From IMG/VR virus record IMGVR_UViG_3300032213_002237, positions 1-64,000 of that record: 64,000 nucleotides of DNA. The stretch is one strand, 5' to 3'. How positions within the stretch are numbered: position 1 is the stretch's first letter; each line of letters begins with the position of its first letter. The notes beneath the pieces were generated by a model that ran no database searches, had not been told where the DNA came from, and was given only the letters and a program-made list of their open reading frames with translations. This document shows positions 38,114 through 48,391 of the stretch, one piece after another. Source of the DNA: a virus. Lineage: Duplodnaviria > Caudoviricetes. A program made the position numbers and the translations under genes.

Positions 38114-39897
38114 AGACCTTGAACTATTGAACTTTTTAATTTCTGTTCCAAAGACTTGATATCGTCTTTAACACCTTCAATATAATTGTGAAGATGTTGT
38201 CTAACACCTTGTTTGATTTGTTTATCATCAAATTTAACTGATTGCGATACAATACCTTTTAATCCTGTTTCTTCACCATTGTTTGATTGTGATGATGACT
38301 GAATTGCATTTGTTATTGCCTCAGGAACATCATATTCATTTTTAAACATATCTTTAGCAGGTATTTTATCCAATTCTGATTTAATATTATTACCAAGTTG
38401 AGATGATGGTGAAACTTCCAATTTTCCTAAAATATATTCAATTGCTCTGTTTTTAAATTCAGTTTCTTTTCCTTGGAAAATAACATCAAATGATTTTTCA
38501 AATTCTGAATTTGTTGCTTCGTTGATATTGTTATTTCTAAACTTAGTTAACGTATCAAAGAATTTTCTGTAATTTTGTTTGTTGAACTGTTCTGAAAGAC
38601 TACCCAAATTTTTTTCATATTTCTTTGATTTAATCTTATTTGTTATAGTTTCACTTAAACTTTTATTTTCTTTCATTAGTTTTAATTTTCCTGTAATTTT
38701 ATTTTCAAGACTTTCACCAAATTTCATCCTTCCAAATTTTGCTCTACAAGTCTCAATCGCAGCATTAATATCATTGTTAGTATTGTTATATCCTTTAGAT
38801 AGTTCTGCCATTTTTTTACAACTCTGTCTGCTAACGTTTACATTATTAATATAATCAGCGGTTGATTTAAGTTTATTAAAATCTTGTAGAATTGAACCAT
38901 TATTTATCGATAACACATTTCCTGATGAACTATTATTTGTTGATGTTGAATTTGTACTTTGAATAGTATTAAATCTATCTACTTGTTTCTTCTTTTCTCT
39001 GTCGATATTCCATTTTTCAAACCAAGTTGATGTATTAATTTCACCACCTGTTGATGTTGATGTCCACGATGTTTGTTTTTCCGCAATATTTTTAATTACA
39101 GGATTTTGCCAAGCGTACATTGGTTGACCATCTTCATCATAAAAAACTTCTTGTATCCATTTACTTGGGCGTTTTGGTTCCACACCACATTTACCTGATG
39201 GAATACCAAGCATAATATCGGCAGTTTGTTCTTGGTAGAATTTAATAAAGTTACCAACCAGTTGATTTCTAACCGAATCATTATCACTTAAACGTTTAAA
39301 TGGATTATCAGATGTAAACCATCCTTTACATCCTTTCATCTTAGTTGGAGTTGTTACTTCAGTTGTTTTATCAGTTGTTTTATCAGTTGTTTTATCAGTT
39401 GTTGGTATATATGTTCCATCAGTGACTGCAAATGTTTTACTATCAACTTTTCCACCACCTGAAACCCATTTCACATATTCAGCACCCTTATCAAAATAAG
39501 CATTTTTAAGAGCGTCTGAGGTTTTGTATGTTGATGGTGCTTTGTCAACTTTTAAACTTTTAGTCATTTTTACCTCATCACCATAATCAGGAAATTTTGA
39601 TAATAACCAAGCTCTAAACGCATCACTCTCTGAAGTTTTTGTAAATGGTAATTTTACTTCACTATAAGGTTTTTTGTCTTTTTTCTTATCGTCAGCTTTA
39701 GGTTCGGTTGGTTTTGGTGTAGGTGGTGCGGCAGTTTCCTTTTTCTTCTTGAAGTAATATTTCCCATCGTCAGAAATTGCAGTTTGATAGTTTGTAGTGT
39801 CAGCTTTGTATTGATTATATTTTTCTTGGTTGCATTTTGTATAACCCGCACTAACTAACTGTTCACCTGTCTTTTCTAAAATGAGAATTTTTTTCAT
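38110..39897 (-). CDS. large hypothetical protein, possible internal virion protein
   Basis: 595 aa; shares F..K.E.D.FR.W motif with 41337..43598. Confidence 0.7.
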   Translation of the reverse strand: MKKILILEKTGEQLVSAGYTKCNQEKYNQYKADTTNYQTAISDDGKYYFKKKKETAAPPTPKPTEPKADDKKKDKKPYSEVKLPFTKTSESDAFRAWLLSKFPDYGDEVKMTKSLKVDKAPSTYKTSDALKNAYFDKGAEYVKWVSGGGKVDSKTFAVTDGTYIPTTDKTTDKTTDKTTEVTTPTKMKGCKGWFTSDNPFKRLSDNDSVRNQLVGNFIKFYQEQTADIMLGIPSGKCGVEPKRPSKWIQEVFYDEDGQPMYAWQNPVIKNIAEKQTSWTSTSTGGEINTSTWFEKWNIDREKKKQVDRFNTIQSTNSTSTNNSSSGNVLSINNGSILQDFNKLKSTADYINNVNVSRQSCKKMAELSKGYNNTNNDINAAIETCRAKFGRMKFGESLENKITGKLKLMKENKSLSETITNKIKSKKYEKNLGSLSEQFNKQNYRKFFDTLTKFRNNNINEATNSEFEKSFDVIFQGKETEFKNRAIEYILGKLEVSPSSQLGNNIKSELDKIPAKDMFKNEYDVPEAITNAIQSSSQSNNGEETGLKGIVSQSVKFDDKQIKQGVRQHLHNYIEGVKDDIKSLEQKLKSSIVQGL

Positions 39898-39902
39898 AAA
39901 AA

Positions 39903-41306
39903 TTAATCTTCTTTAAATGTTTTAGTTGTTGTGTCATAAGTATAATCTTTTCCGTTTGCTTTCCAATAACCACTCACGTCAGTATCATTTGTCGCGTCGT
40001 CAATACTTAAACTATTAGCTGTTAGGAATTTTTTGAAATCTTCAAGTGTTTGAGTATATTCTTTTTTACCACCTTCTGCAGGTTTGGTACCACCAATTTC
40101 TTCAACTGTCTTATTTGCAAGTTTTGGGTCAATACACGTAATTTTAACATTCTCACCTAAATTATTTTTCTTTTCAAGGTAAAATTCACCTTCTTTTTCA
40201 ATTACAGTTTCTAATTGACCATCATAAACTACTTTAGGATAGTACTTATCTACGTATTCATCTGAACCTAAAGCCTTCACATGGCTATCAGTTATCTTTT
40301 TATCACAAGAACTAATTAACCTTTTCAAAATATCCTGAGCTTCTTCAATATCTACCTGATATAACTCAAATCCAACAAATGTTCCACCTATTAACCCAAG
40401 AGAGACTATAGCTAGAGCAATTTTTACAGGTTTTGTAAGTGGGGGCATCTTAGGTAAGTATTCTTTAAATGCATCATATTGAGCCTTGAATTCCGCTCTT
40501 CTAATACCCTTTAACTTATTTGCGGCTTCCTGTATTTGAGTTTGAGAATCTGCTAATTTTTTCTGTAATTGTTCAAGTGTGACATTTGGATTGTCTGAAA
40601 TAAATTGTTTTGCTCTCGACTCTAAAACATCTGGTTTTACCTTAATTGTTTTAGAAATTGTTTGAATTTCTTTTTTTATTCCTTCACTCAAATTTCCAGT
40701 TTCATCCAACATACCTTTTAATGCATTTGTTAGATTCTTAACATTTGATTCAATTTGGGATTTTGCCCTATAATAATTATTATAAAGTCTATAACCTAGT
40801 TCATCTTGGATTCCCGTACTTTCACCGGATTTAAGTATTGTATCAAGACTTTCACCGTATGTATTATCAGCCGATTTTAAATCGTTTGCCTTTACTGATG
40901 AAGAAAACAAATCATCTGAAGATAACTCATCCGCCATTTTTTTCAAGCTTGGGTTTGTATTTACTACTGCCGCCGCCATTTTTCCCCTTATCTCTCTATT
41001 ACTAGATTTAACAAGTTTTTCAGCAATATCGTTAACCAAATCATCTGATAATTTACCAGCTCTAATATCTGTAATTATATCATCAAAAGTTTTACCTCCA
41101 GATTGAGCAATTTCATCAAAACTATTTCTAAGTGATTCCGCAACATCGTCAACCCCATCTTTAACCAAATCTTCAAAATCATCGACACTTTTACCAAAAA
41201 GAGTTAAAAATTCATCAATAACACCACCACCAACGGATTCTTTTAAAAGAGGTAATCCTAAAATTTCTCTAAAACGATTAATTTCGTATAAAATTTCTTT
41301 TTCCAT
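39903..41306 (-). CDS. hypothetical protein with leader and one TM segment
   Basis: ILYEINRFREILGLPLLKE leader; IALAIVSLGLIGG. Confidence 0.75.
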   Translation of the reverse strand: MEKEILYEINRFREILGLPLLKESVGGGVIDEFLTLFGKSVDDFEDLVKDGVDDVAESLRNSFDEIAQSGGKTFDDIITDIRAGKLSDDLVNDIAEKLVKSSNREIRGKMAAAVVNTNPSLKKMADELSSDDLFSSSVKANDLKSADNTYGESLDTILKSGESTGIQDELGYRLYNNYYRAKSQIESNVKNLTNALKGMLDETGNLSEGIKKEIQTISKTIKVKPDVLESRAKQFISDNPNVTLEQLQKKLADSQTQIQEAANKLKGIRRAEFKAQYDAFKEYLPKMPPLTKPVKIALAIVSLGLIGGTFVGFELYQVDIEEAQDILKRLISSCDKKITDSHVKALGSDEYVDKYYPKVVYDGQLETVIEKEGEFYLEKKNNLGENVKITCIDPKLANKTVEEIGGTKPAEGGKKEYTQTLEDFKKFLTANSLSIDDATNDTDVSGYWKANGKDYTYDTTTKTFKED

Positions 41307-41336
41307 AACAATTGTTTTTTTATAATAAATATAGGG

Positions 41337-43598
41337 TTATTCATTAACAGGTTCATCTAACACAATTAATTCTATTTCATCATTAGATTCTTCCACTTTT
41401 TTTGCAGATTCTTCCATTATTTTATGTAAATCTTTAATAAACTCATCTGCGGATTTTTTTCTATCTTCCTCGTTTTTAATTGTTTCAGTATAATATTGTT
41501 TTTGTATTGCTTGTTGAATTTTAGGATTTGAAACTAACTCATCCAAATCTTTATTACTTAAATTATTTAATGAATTAACAAATTCGGTTCTGTCATCACC
41601 ATTTAAAAATGATAGAGCCATCGCCCAAAGTTCTTGTTCTTCCTGAGTTAATGTTTTCTTACCTCTATTTTTTAATATTTCATTCATTTTATTTACTTGT
41701 TTAACTAAATAAACACCAGCAGGTGCTCCATAAACTAAAATATTAATTAGAGGGTTAGATATCTTTCGACCTATTGGTGCTTTAGCAGTTTTCTTAATAC
41801 CATCCACCACATCTTTACTTGCCTTTTGAACTACATCTTTATATTCTTCAGTGCCAAGTTCTTTAATAACTCTTTGTTCCTGAGGTTTCATATTTTTTAA
41901 CAAGTCATCAACTTGTGTTTTGGTTGCATTAGGTGGTAATGATTTTAATTGTGATTCAACAGATTCAATGACTTCATCACCAAATTTTGCAGATTTCAAT
42001 GCTGATTTAACAGGTGCCGACGCCATTAATAATGGTAAGAAAACGTATGCTAAATCCATTTTAATGGCATCTTTATCTTGGGCTTCAACACTTTTCTTTA
42101 AAGAATATAAATTAAGTGCCGTGTCAGCGGCTAACTCGGCAAGTAATGCGGAAGTTGGGCCTAAACTCAATCCACCTGATAATAATGCCACGGCAATCAT
42201 ACCACCCAACTGTATATATAATCCGTATTCATTCCAAAACGAACTTTCACAAGGTATTTTTGGTGAATCCCATTTTGCCATAAAAGATTGTCCTTTAGAA
42301 TTTTTATAATATTTTCCAACAATATTACCATATTTATTTCTTTTTGTACCATTAATTATTTCTTGAAGGAATCCCGAGACCGCTTCTACATCACAATTAT
42401 TAAGTGCATAATCAATTGCTTCTTGAGTAAAAAGTTGTTTAATTAATGGGTCACCAGATGCTTTATCAAGTGCTTCTCCTTTAATTTTTTCTTCATATAA
42501 ATCAATTAGTTCTTCTAAAACTTCATCTTTGGTTTTCCCCTGTATATAAACTTTTATTTTTGTTTTAGGTTCTGTCCAATAGTTAAACTCATACCCCCCA
42601 TAACCACCCGTTGTTTTATTATATTGACTTAATGGTAATTCGGCTGGGAATTTTGAAAAATCAAAAACTTCTTTTAAATATTTTTCTTTTTCTTCTTGAA
42701 CTTTTTTCTCATACTCTATACGTTGTATTTCTTTGTTTACACGCTGAGGAACGTAAGTTGCTGTATTATCTTGTTTTGCGGTTATATCAACTTTTGGTAT
42801 TTTAAACTCAGATTCACCTTTTGGAGTGTTGCCATCAGGAAATAATCGTTTATAATCTTTATAAGCCTCATAAACTTTTTTACCTTTAAACGCGCCTTCT
42901 TTAAAAGTTGCATTTGCCACTTTATTAATATAAGAATTACAAAATGCCCCACTTCTATCTAATTGATTTTTTTGTGCTAATTTTGGGTAAGTATCGTTAA
43001 ACCATTTTCTGAACGAGTCACCTTCAGTTTTATTTTTAAAAACACATCCTGAATCAATTGCTTTTTGTTCTGCTTTCTTTTGTTGAGTAACTGTTCTTTG
43101 TTTTTGAAATTCATCTAATAGTTGACCTGATGTTTTTCCAAATAAATTTTTCATTTGGATTGATATTTCAGGTATTAATGTTGACTGAGGTCCAGTAGGT
43201 TTATATCCAGCATACACACCTTTATTTTTTTTGTTGTTATAATCTTTTAAAGACTTAACAAAAATATCATTCTCTAACACAATAGATGCAGGTGTGGGAT
43301 TTGGTTGATTAAATCCTTGTAGTCCAAAATCTGGACTTATTGCTCCATACCCTGCGTCTGAAAATCCTTTTTGAATTTTCATTAAATCAGGTAAAGTAGT
43401 TCCATTCAATCCACTTAAATAAGTTACCCATTCAGGCCCTGATGAGGTTTTATTTTTAGACAATTTTAAACCTTGTTCTAAAATAGTCGGCCAAGTATAT
43501 TGTTCAATAATTAACTGAGTATTTTCATTCAATGTCTTTGATGAGTCGTAATTCATCATCAACAATACTCTTTCTAATAATTCTTTTTTAGTTTCCAT
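41337..43598 (-). CDS. large hypothetical protein with leader and hydrophobic hairpin
   Basis: ELLERVLLMMNY..TLNE leader; probable ATG 43598. Confidence 0.75.
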   Translation of the reverse strand: METKKELLERVLLMMNYDSSKTLNENTQLIIEQYTWPTILEQGLKLSKNKTSSGPEWVTYLSGLNGTTLPDLMKIQKGFSDAGYGAISPDFGLQGFNQPNPTPASIVLENDIFVKSLKDYNNKKNKGVYAGYKPTGPQSTLIPEISIQMKNLFGKTSGQLLDEFQKQRTVTQQKKAEQKAIDSGCVFKNKTEGDSFRKWFNDTYPKLAQKNQLDRSGAFCNSYINKVANATFKEGAFKGKKVYEAYKDYKRLFPDGNTPKGESEFKIPKVDITAKQDNTATYVPQRVNKEIQRIEYEKKVQEEKEKYLKEVFDFSKFPAELPLSQYNKTTGGYGGYEFNYWTEPKTKIKVYIQGKTKDEVLEELIDLYEEKIKGEALDKASGDPLIKQLFTQEAIDYALNNCDVEAVSGFLQEIINGTKRNKYGNIVGKYYKNSKGQSFMAKWDSPKIPCESSFWNEYGLYIQLGGMIAVALLSGGLSLGPTSALLAELAADTALNLYSLKKSVEAQDKDAIKMDLAYVFLPLLMASAPVKSALKSAKFGDEVIESVESQLKSLPPNATKTQVDDLLKNMKPQEQRVIKELGTEEYKDVVQKASKDVVDGIKKTAKAPIGRKISNPLINILVYGAPAGVYLVKQVNKMNEILKNRGKKTLTQEEQELWAMALSFLNGDDRTEFVNSLNNLSNKDLDELVSNPKIQQAIQKQYYTETIKNEEDRKKSADEFIKDLHKIMEESAKKVEESNDEIELIVLDEPVNE

Positions 43599-43599
43599 T

Positions 43600-43860
43600 T
43601 TACCAAACTTGATTTGCATTACCACGTTTAACGCCTGAGTCCCATTTCTCTCCCTTCTTACCTAACATGTTTGCGGGACCTCTAACCGTTGCATATAACT
43701 CATCCCAATTTTGGGCTCTCTTATTTGTATTAGTAGTTCCCCCCCCACCACCAGCAGCGGCAGCGTCTTGTTCACCTAACTCATCTTTACTACTTTTTTT
43801 TCCGTTATTGGTAGTCAATTCTTTAAGCAATGAAATTATGTAATCAACGTCTTGTATCAT
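43600..43860 (-). CDS. hypothetical protein
   Basis: LGEQ site; RGPAN/RGNAN repeat; TATTTAT upstream. Confidence 0.7.
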   Translation of the reverse strand: MIQDVDYIISLLKELTTNNGKKSSKDELGEQDAAAAGGGGGTTNTNKRAQNWDELYATVRGPANMLGKKGEKWDSGVKRGNANQVW

Positions 43861-43902
43861 TATTACATAAATATAAGTTAACCAATAAAAAAAGTGGAGT
43901 TA

Positions 43903-44238
43903 TTAGAATAAAAACGAAGGTGGGATTTTCTTTGGATTTGATGTGTAATATTCTTCCATGAAATCTTTCAACTCATCAGTATCAACTTCGTATTCTTTTT
44001 CATCTGACGCTTCTTCATCAATAATTAATTCGTCAATATCTTCTTCATATATGATTGGTAAATCACTTGATTCGTAGTCATAGTTTTCTAAAATGAAAAA
44101 ACCAGACTTTTCAACAAAGTCCAGTTCAAATTCATGTTCCCTTATTTCGTCTTCACCATCCTCGTTTAATCTGAAACTAACTTGTATGATTTCAGATTTT
44201 GGATTGTAATAGTAATCGACGATTTCCTTGAGTTTCAT
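43903..44238 (-). CDS. acidic hypothetical protein
   Basis: probable ATG 44238. Confidence 0.7.
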   Translation of the reverse strand: MKLKEIVDYYYNPKSEIIQVSFRLNEDGEDEIREHEFELDFVEKSGFFILENYDYESSDLPIIYEEDIDELIIDEEASDEKEYEVDTDELKDFMEEYYTSNPKKIPPSFLF

Positions 44239-44242
44239 TTCC

Positions 44243-44710
44243 TTAAATGATTTTCTTGAACCACTTAAGTGATTCATTGATTTGTTCTTGAACTAAATAA
44301 GCCTTTGATTTTACTTTAATACCTTCTTCAATTTCTTCCATAGAATATGCTTTAGTTCCACACTGTTCACATTGTTCACCTTCTTTCATTTCACCATTAC
44401 ATTGTTCACATGTTTCACCCTCACTCATAGATGAACACTGTTCACACATTTCACCTTCATATAATCCACTACATTGTTCACAAACTTTCTTAAGTTTTTG
44501 ATTAATGTTGGTGTTTTTATATTCAGTAACATCACCTCTATTATTAACGGTAATTCCTTTTTCATCTAACGCCAAATTTTCAACATTAAGAATTTGTTCT
44601 TTTGGTGTGTTAAATCCACGACTAACATATCCATCATATGGACTTCTGTGTTTATCTTGTATTGATTCTTTTTCTTCTTTAGTAATATTCAAAAAAAATG
44701 CGTTTCTCAT
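44243..44710 (-). CDS. CEQC-repeat protein with leader
   Basis: four CEQC repeats; ITKEEKESIQDKH leader. Confidence 0.75.
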   Translation of the reverse strand: MRNAFFLNITKEEKESIQDKHRSPYDGYVSRGFNTPKEQILNVENLALDEKGITVNNRGDVTEYKNTNINQKLKKVCEQCSGLYEGEMCEQCSSMSEGETCEQCNGEMKEGEQCEQCGTKAYSMEEIEEGIKVKSKAYLVQEQINESLKWFKKII

Positions 44711-44774
44711 ATATAATTGTTTTCTAGATAAATATATGGTTGATTGAATAATATTAATTTATTATATTTTACAC

Positions 44775-45284
44775 ATGGAAAAACCTTATCAACTATTACA
44801 ACCAGTTTTTAAAGACCATCGTGGGTCTTTTACCCCAATCAAACTTTCTGACAAGTGGGTTCAATCAAATATTAGTATAAACGACGATATATTTGTCTTT
44901 CGTGGATTACATTATCAAGATGAACCAATGGCTCAAACCAAATTGGTTTCAGTTATTCAAGGAAAAATTATTGATTTTGTTGTTAACTTGGATAAAAACA
45001 GTGAAGATTTTGGTAAGTTAGAAACATTTGTTTTAACCTCAGGTGAATCGGTATATGTTCCAAAAGGTTATGCTCACGGATTTTTGACACTTCAAAGTGG
45101 AACAGTTGTTAACTACTTAGTAGATAATGATTATTCTAAAGAACACGAAGGATGTATTCAATGGGATACCGTAGAAGAAGTAAAAGATATTATCGCAAAG
45201 TACATGAGAGGTTTCAACTTTAAAGTTAGAATTAGTGATAAAGACACTGAAGGAATTACATTAGAAGAATATAAAAACAAATGA
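44775..45284 (+). CDS. rmlC: dTDP-4-dehydrorhamnose 3,5-epimerase
   Basis: DHRGSF, RGLHYQ, QTKLV, VPKGYAHGF and SDKD motifs. Confidence 0.92.
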   Translation: MEKPYQLLQPVFKDHRGSFTPIKLSDKWVQSNISINDDIFVFRGLHYQDEPMAQTKLVSVIQGKIIDFVVNLDKNSEDFGKLETFVLTSGESVYVPKGYAHGFLTLQSGTVVNYLVDNDYSKEHEGCIQWDTVEEVKDIIAKYMRGFNFKVRISDKDTEGITLEEYKNK

Positions 45285-45517
45285 CAAAAGAAGAAGTAGA
45301 AGAATTGGCGGAAGGCGCAATTCTATTAGATGGATTTGACGATTGTATTACAGGTGTTGTTGAAGAGTTTGGTAATGGTATAAGAATACTTTATTCACGT
45401 GATAAAATACTTAAGTCATTACAAAAAGATATGTCTTATGAAGATGCTTTAGAATATTATTACTACAATATTGTTGGTGGATATTTCGGTGAAAGAAATC
45501 CTTTGTTTTTACTTTAG
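45281..45517 (+). CDS. conserved phage hypothetical protein
   Basis: DGFDDCITG...EYYYYNIVGGYFGE. Confidence 0.75.
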   Translation: MTKEEVEELAEGAILLDGFDDCITGVVEEFGNGIRILYSRDKILKSLQKDMSYEDALEYYYYNIVGGYFGERNPLFLL

Positions 45518-46116
45518 AAGTAATTTGCGTAAAACGAAATAATTTTTGGTGCGTATCTTCTTAAAGAAGAATTAATGTTTTCCACTGTCACTTCTTTATT
45601 TTCATCTTCAAGTATACTGATTACTCCGTTTACCATTTCACCTTGAGCTTTATCAGCCATATCTAATAACTCATCAAAGGCTTCGTTAGTATCACTATAC
45701 TTGTGTTCGTGAGCCAATCTTTCTTTACCCATATAAAGATATGGTGCCGCCGAAAACATATTAACAACACTAGCTTCTCTTAATTTATTTAGATATCTTT
45801 TTATAAACAACATGTTGAAATGTTTTACTAACATCGCATGTTGTGTTAAATCAGTTGATTTATTTTCTTTAATATTTTTTTTCATTTTTCTTTCTCTCAT
45901 TTCATCAAACTCAGATTCATACATCCATTTATCCTCATCCAATAGATAAAGACTTGACCCATTGTCCCATTTAACAACATATTGGACAAATCCAGGTCCT
46001 TTTTGTATTCCTTTAACAGTTCCTCTATCACCAAAAGATAATTGAGGTTCACCTAAAAGTTCAATGATAACAATTCTATCACCAGATTTAAGTTCAGGAT
46101 TTAATTTCTTACTCAT
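45514..46116 (-). CDS. hypothetical protein (SH3-like N-terminus)
   Basis: GDRI...GTV...VKWDNGS; LREASVVNMF. Confidence 0.7.
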   Translation of the reverse strand: MSKKLNPELKSGDRIVIIELLGEPQLSFGDRGTVKGIQKGPGFVQYVVKWDNGSSLYLLDEDKWMYESEFDEMRERKMKKNIKENKSTDLTQHAMLVKHFNMLFIKRYLNKLREASVVNMFSAAPYLYMGKERLAHEHKYSDTNEAFDELLDMADKAQGEMVNGVISILEDENKEVTVENINSSLRRYAPKIISFYANYF

Positions 46117-46130
46117 ATATTTATAAATAT
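46117..46130. promoter_or_regulatory. palindromic bidirectional TATTTAT element
   Basis: atatttataaatat fills nearly all of the 15-nt divergent spacer. Confidence 0.6.
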
Positions 46131-46131
46131 A

Positions 46132-46752
46132 ATGAAATATCTAATTAAAGAATCTCAAAAGAAAATTATCCTTGAAGCAATAAATGATAGGATTAAAGAA
46201 GTTCAAGAAGATGGTGTTGAACTAACAAAAAAAATTATTGAAGACACCAAATCACACGCTTCAATAAACTTAAAAATGATGCTCACATGGGGAGCGGCAA
46301 TCGGAGGGTTTATGGGGCCAATCATGCAATGGTTAAATGGAAAAGTGCCTGAGTTAACAGAAAAAGATTTATCATTAATTGCCGCAGGTATTGCTTCGGT
46401 AATATTTTTCGAAGAAAGAAGTTTTACCAAATCAATAATTAAAAAGATTAAAGAAGACGGACTTGAAGGGCCTTTTAAGTTGGGTGCTATCAAAGCTAAT
46501 CAACTTAAAACTGTTTTAGCTGGTTTTTTAAAGAGTTTAAATTTATCAGCCTTTACCGTAACAAATATGTTAAGTTACGCATTCTTGGTTCCTATTATAC
46601 CAATGATATATGACGCTGTCTCTGAAGGTATATGGGATATAAAAGATACTGAAATGTTGGTTAAATCATTATCGGCATTTGGATTGATAACAATTTCAGG
46701 TAATTTCTTAAAACGACTTATGGATTTAATCGTTGATAGAATTACTAAATAA
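46132..46752 (+). CDS. membrane protein with leader
   Basis: MKYLIKESQKKIILE leader; several hydrophobic helices. Confidence 0.75.
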   Translation: MKYLIKESQKKIILEAINDRIKEVQEDGVELTKKIIEDTKSHASINLKMMLTWGAAIGGFMGPIMQWLNGKVPELTEKDLSLIAAGIASVIFFEERSFTKSIIKKIKEDGLEGPFKLGAIKANQLKTVLAGFLKSLNLSAFTVTNMLSYAFLVPIIPMIYDAVSEGIWDIKDTEMLVKSLSAFGLITISGNFLKRLMDLIVDRITK

Positions 46753-47011
46753 AATCAATCTTTAATTCCAAATCAGACGTTCCTCTGAATATTCTGTGAT
46801 AAGTCCCTTCAGGAATTAATAATACTTGTCCTTCAGTTAACTCTATAGGTAGTTGATTATCCATTTGAAATTTCCATCCATCACCTTGTACCACTTCAAT
46901 CAATCTATCTTCTCTATCACGATGCCATTGTAGTTCACCACTATCAACATTGGATTTAAAAACTCTAATCTTTGAAGTTTCTGTTAGTTTTCTATCTTTA
47001 TACGGTTTCAT
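46745..47011 (-). CDS. cupin-domain protein
   Basis: WHRD..DR...IPEGTYHR cupin motifs. Confidence 0.7.
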   Translation of the reverse strand: MKPYKDRKLTETSKIRVFKSNVDSGELQWHRDREDRLIEVVQGDGWKFQMDNQLPIELTEGQVLLIPEGTYHRIFRGTSDLELKIDFI

Positions 47012-47012
47012 A

Positions 47013-47612
47013 TTACCAAAATCCTGGGTAAGTTTTACCACCCCACAAATAACCAAAACGGTTTAAACGACATGCCCAATAACCAGCAGTTAATCTATCT
47101 TTCTTTTTAGAACACTGATGTCTTGCAGCAAATGATTTACGAGCTTTAGGGTTAGATACCTTAGCAGTTAATCCACCATGAACATCACCAAATGAAATCT
47201 TCTTAACTCTACCTGTTGATGGGTTTTTAACATAAACAACATATTTCTTACCACCACCACTATTTCTTCTTGGTTTACCAAGTTCAACTTTCTTACCATT
47301 ATGTTCCGCCTCAGAAATAAATTCTTCTTCCATAGGAGTATCCAAGTAAATAACTCTACCACTTGATAATCTAACCTGTGTTCCAAAATCAGATTCAATA
47401 AGTTCAACATCATCTTCATTTAACTCAACCATTCCCTCGTAATACAACTCACGAGCTTCGTTAATAACATTAAAGAACTCTTCTGAACCAAATCTGAAGA
47501 TATTATCATTCAATGGTACTTCATTTGTTATATGATAATTAAGGTGTTCTGAAATAAGTGGTTTTTCCACCGATTCTGTAAGAACTTTTTTGATAAGTTT
47601 TTTGATATTCAT
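47013..47612 (-). CDS. hypothetical protein with leader and basic C-terminal domain (DUF6321-like)
   Basis: LIKKVLTE leader; KKISFGD...RKSFAARHQC...AGYWAC. Confidence 0.75.
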   Translation of the reverse strand: MNIKKLIKKVLTESVEKPLISEHLNYHITNEVPLNDNIFRFGSEEFFNVINEARELYYEGMVELNEDDVELIESDFGTQVRLSSGRVIYLDTPMEEEFISEAEHNGKKVELGKPRRNSGGGKKYVVYVKNPSTGRVKKISFGDVHGGLTAKVSNPKARKSFAARHQCSKKKDRLTAGYWACRLNRFGYLWGGKTYPGFW

Positions 47613-47812
47613 TTTTTACTTCGTAATAAGAAATACAACCCAAATAACAATGCTGAAATACAGTAAAAAATTCCTGTGGTAATCCAATAAGAACTTGTGT
47701 AGTCTAAAATTGCTTTGAACATTATGTCGAATCCTAGTGGATTGAAAAACATTGCGAGCATAAGGCAGTAAGTGGCAACATTTTCCTTTAGAATTCGTTT
47801 CATTTTCGTCAT
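47609..47812 (-). CDS. small two-TM membrane protein
   Basis: FFNPLGFD; hydrophobic helices. Confidence 0.65.
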   Translation of the reverse strand: MTKMKRILKENVATYCLMLAMFFNPLGFDIMFKAILDYTSSYWITTGIFYCISALLFGLYFLLRSKK

Positions 47813-47860
47813 TATCCATTAACGTGGGTTTAAAGTTTATGAACAAAGTTCATTTTATTT

Positions 47861-47989
47861 ATAAATATATTTGTGTGGAGGAATATTTTGTATATATTTG
47901 TAGAAATAATTAAATAATCAAGTCCTATGAAAAACTTATTTCTTTCTCTTGTTTTAGTAATGGTTGGATTAGTTGCCAACTCACAAGTA
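47861..47989 (+). repeat. promoter plus signal-peptide cassette, copy 1
   Basis: near-identical to 49240-49368. Confidence 0.85.
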
Positions 47990-48379
47990 TTTGTTGTAAA
48001 AACTGATACTATCCAAAAATTTCAACACCCAAAAGAAGTTAATTTTATTCCATCATTGGAAAATGGTTTAATTACATATACCACTCTTGGTCAGGGGGAA
48101 GTTGTTTACACTATTGATGTCGACAATAAATCTTTAACTATGAAAAATGGTGAGGGTGTGGTGTTTAATTTTGTAATCACTGAGGTATTCAAAAATCCAT
48201 CAAACGATATTTTAGTTTCTTTTGAATGTGTCGATACTAAAGGTTTTAAAGGTGTTGTAGTCGTTTACAAAAATGATAATAAATCAGTTAATATGTTAGT
48301 TGAGTATGACATTAATAATGAAACCACTGAAGGTTACATGTGTTTTGATGTTAAATGTAAAAAGAAAAACCCTCGTTAG
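47927..48379 (+). CDS. secreted protein (Sec signal peptide)
   Basis: MKNLFLSLVLVMVGLVANS/QV. Confidence 0.8.
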   Translation: MKNLFLSLVLVMVGLVANSQVFVVKTDTIQKFQHPKEVNFIPSLENGLITYTTLGQGEVVYTIDVDNKSLTMKNGEGVVFNFVITEVFKNPSNDILVSFECVDTKGFKGVVVVYKNDNKSVNMLVEYDINNETTEGYMCFDVKCKKKNPR

Positions 48380-48391
48380 AGGGTTTTTTAA

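Noticed and set aside
39352-39402. 12-bp tandem repeat
   Set aside because: In-frame TTDK linker repeat; ordinary low-complexity spacer
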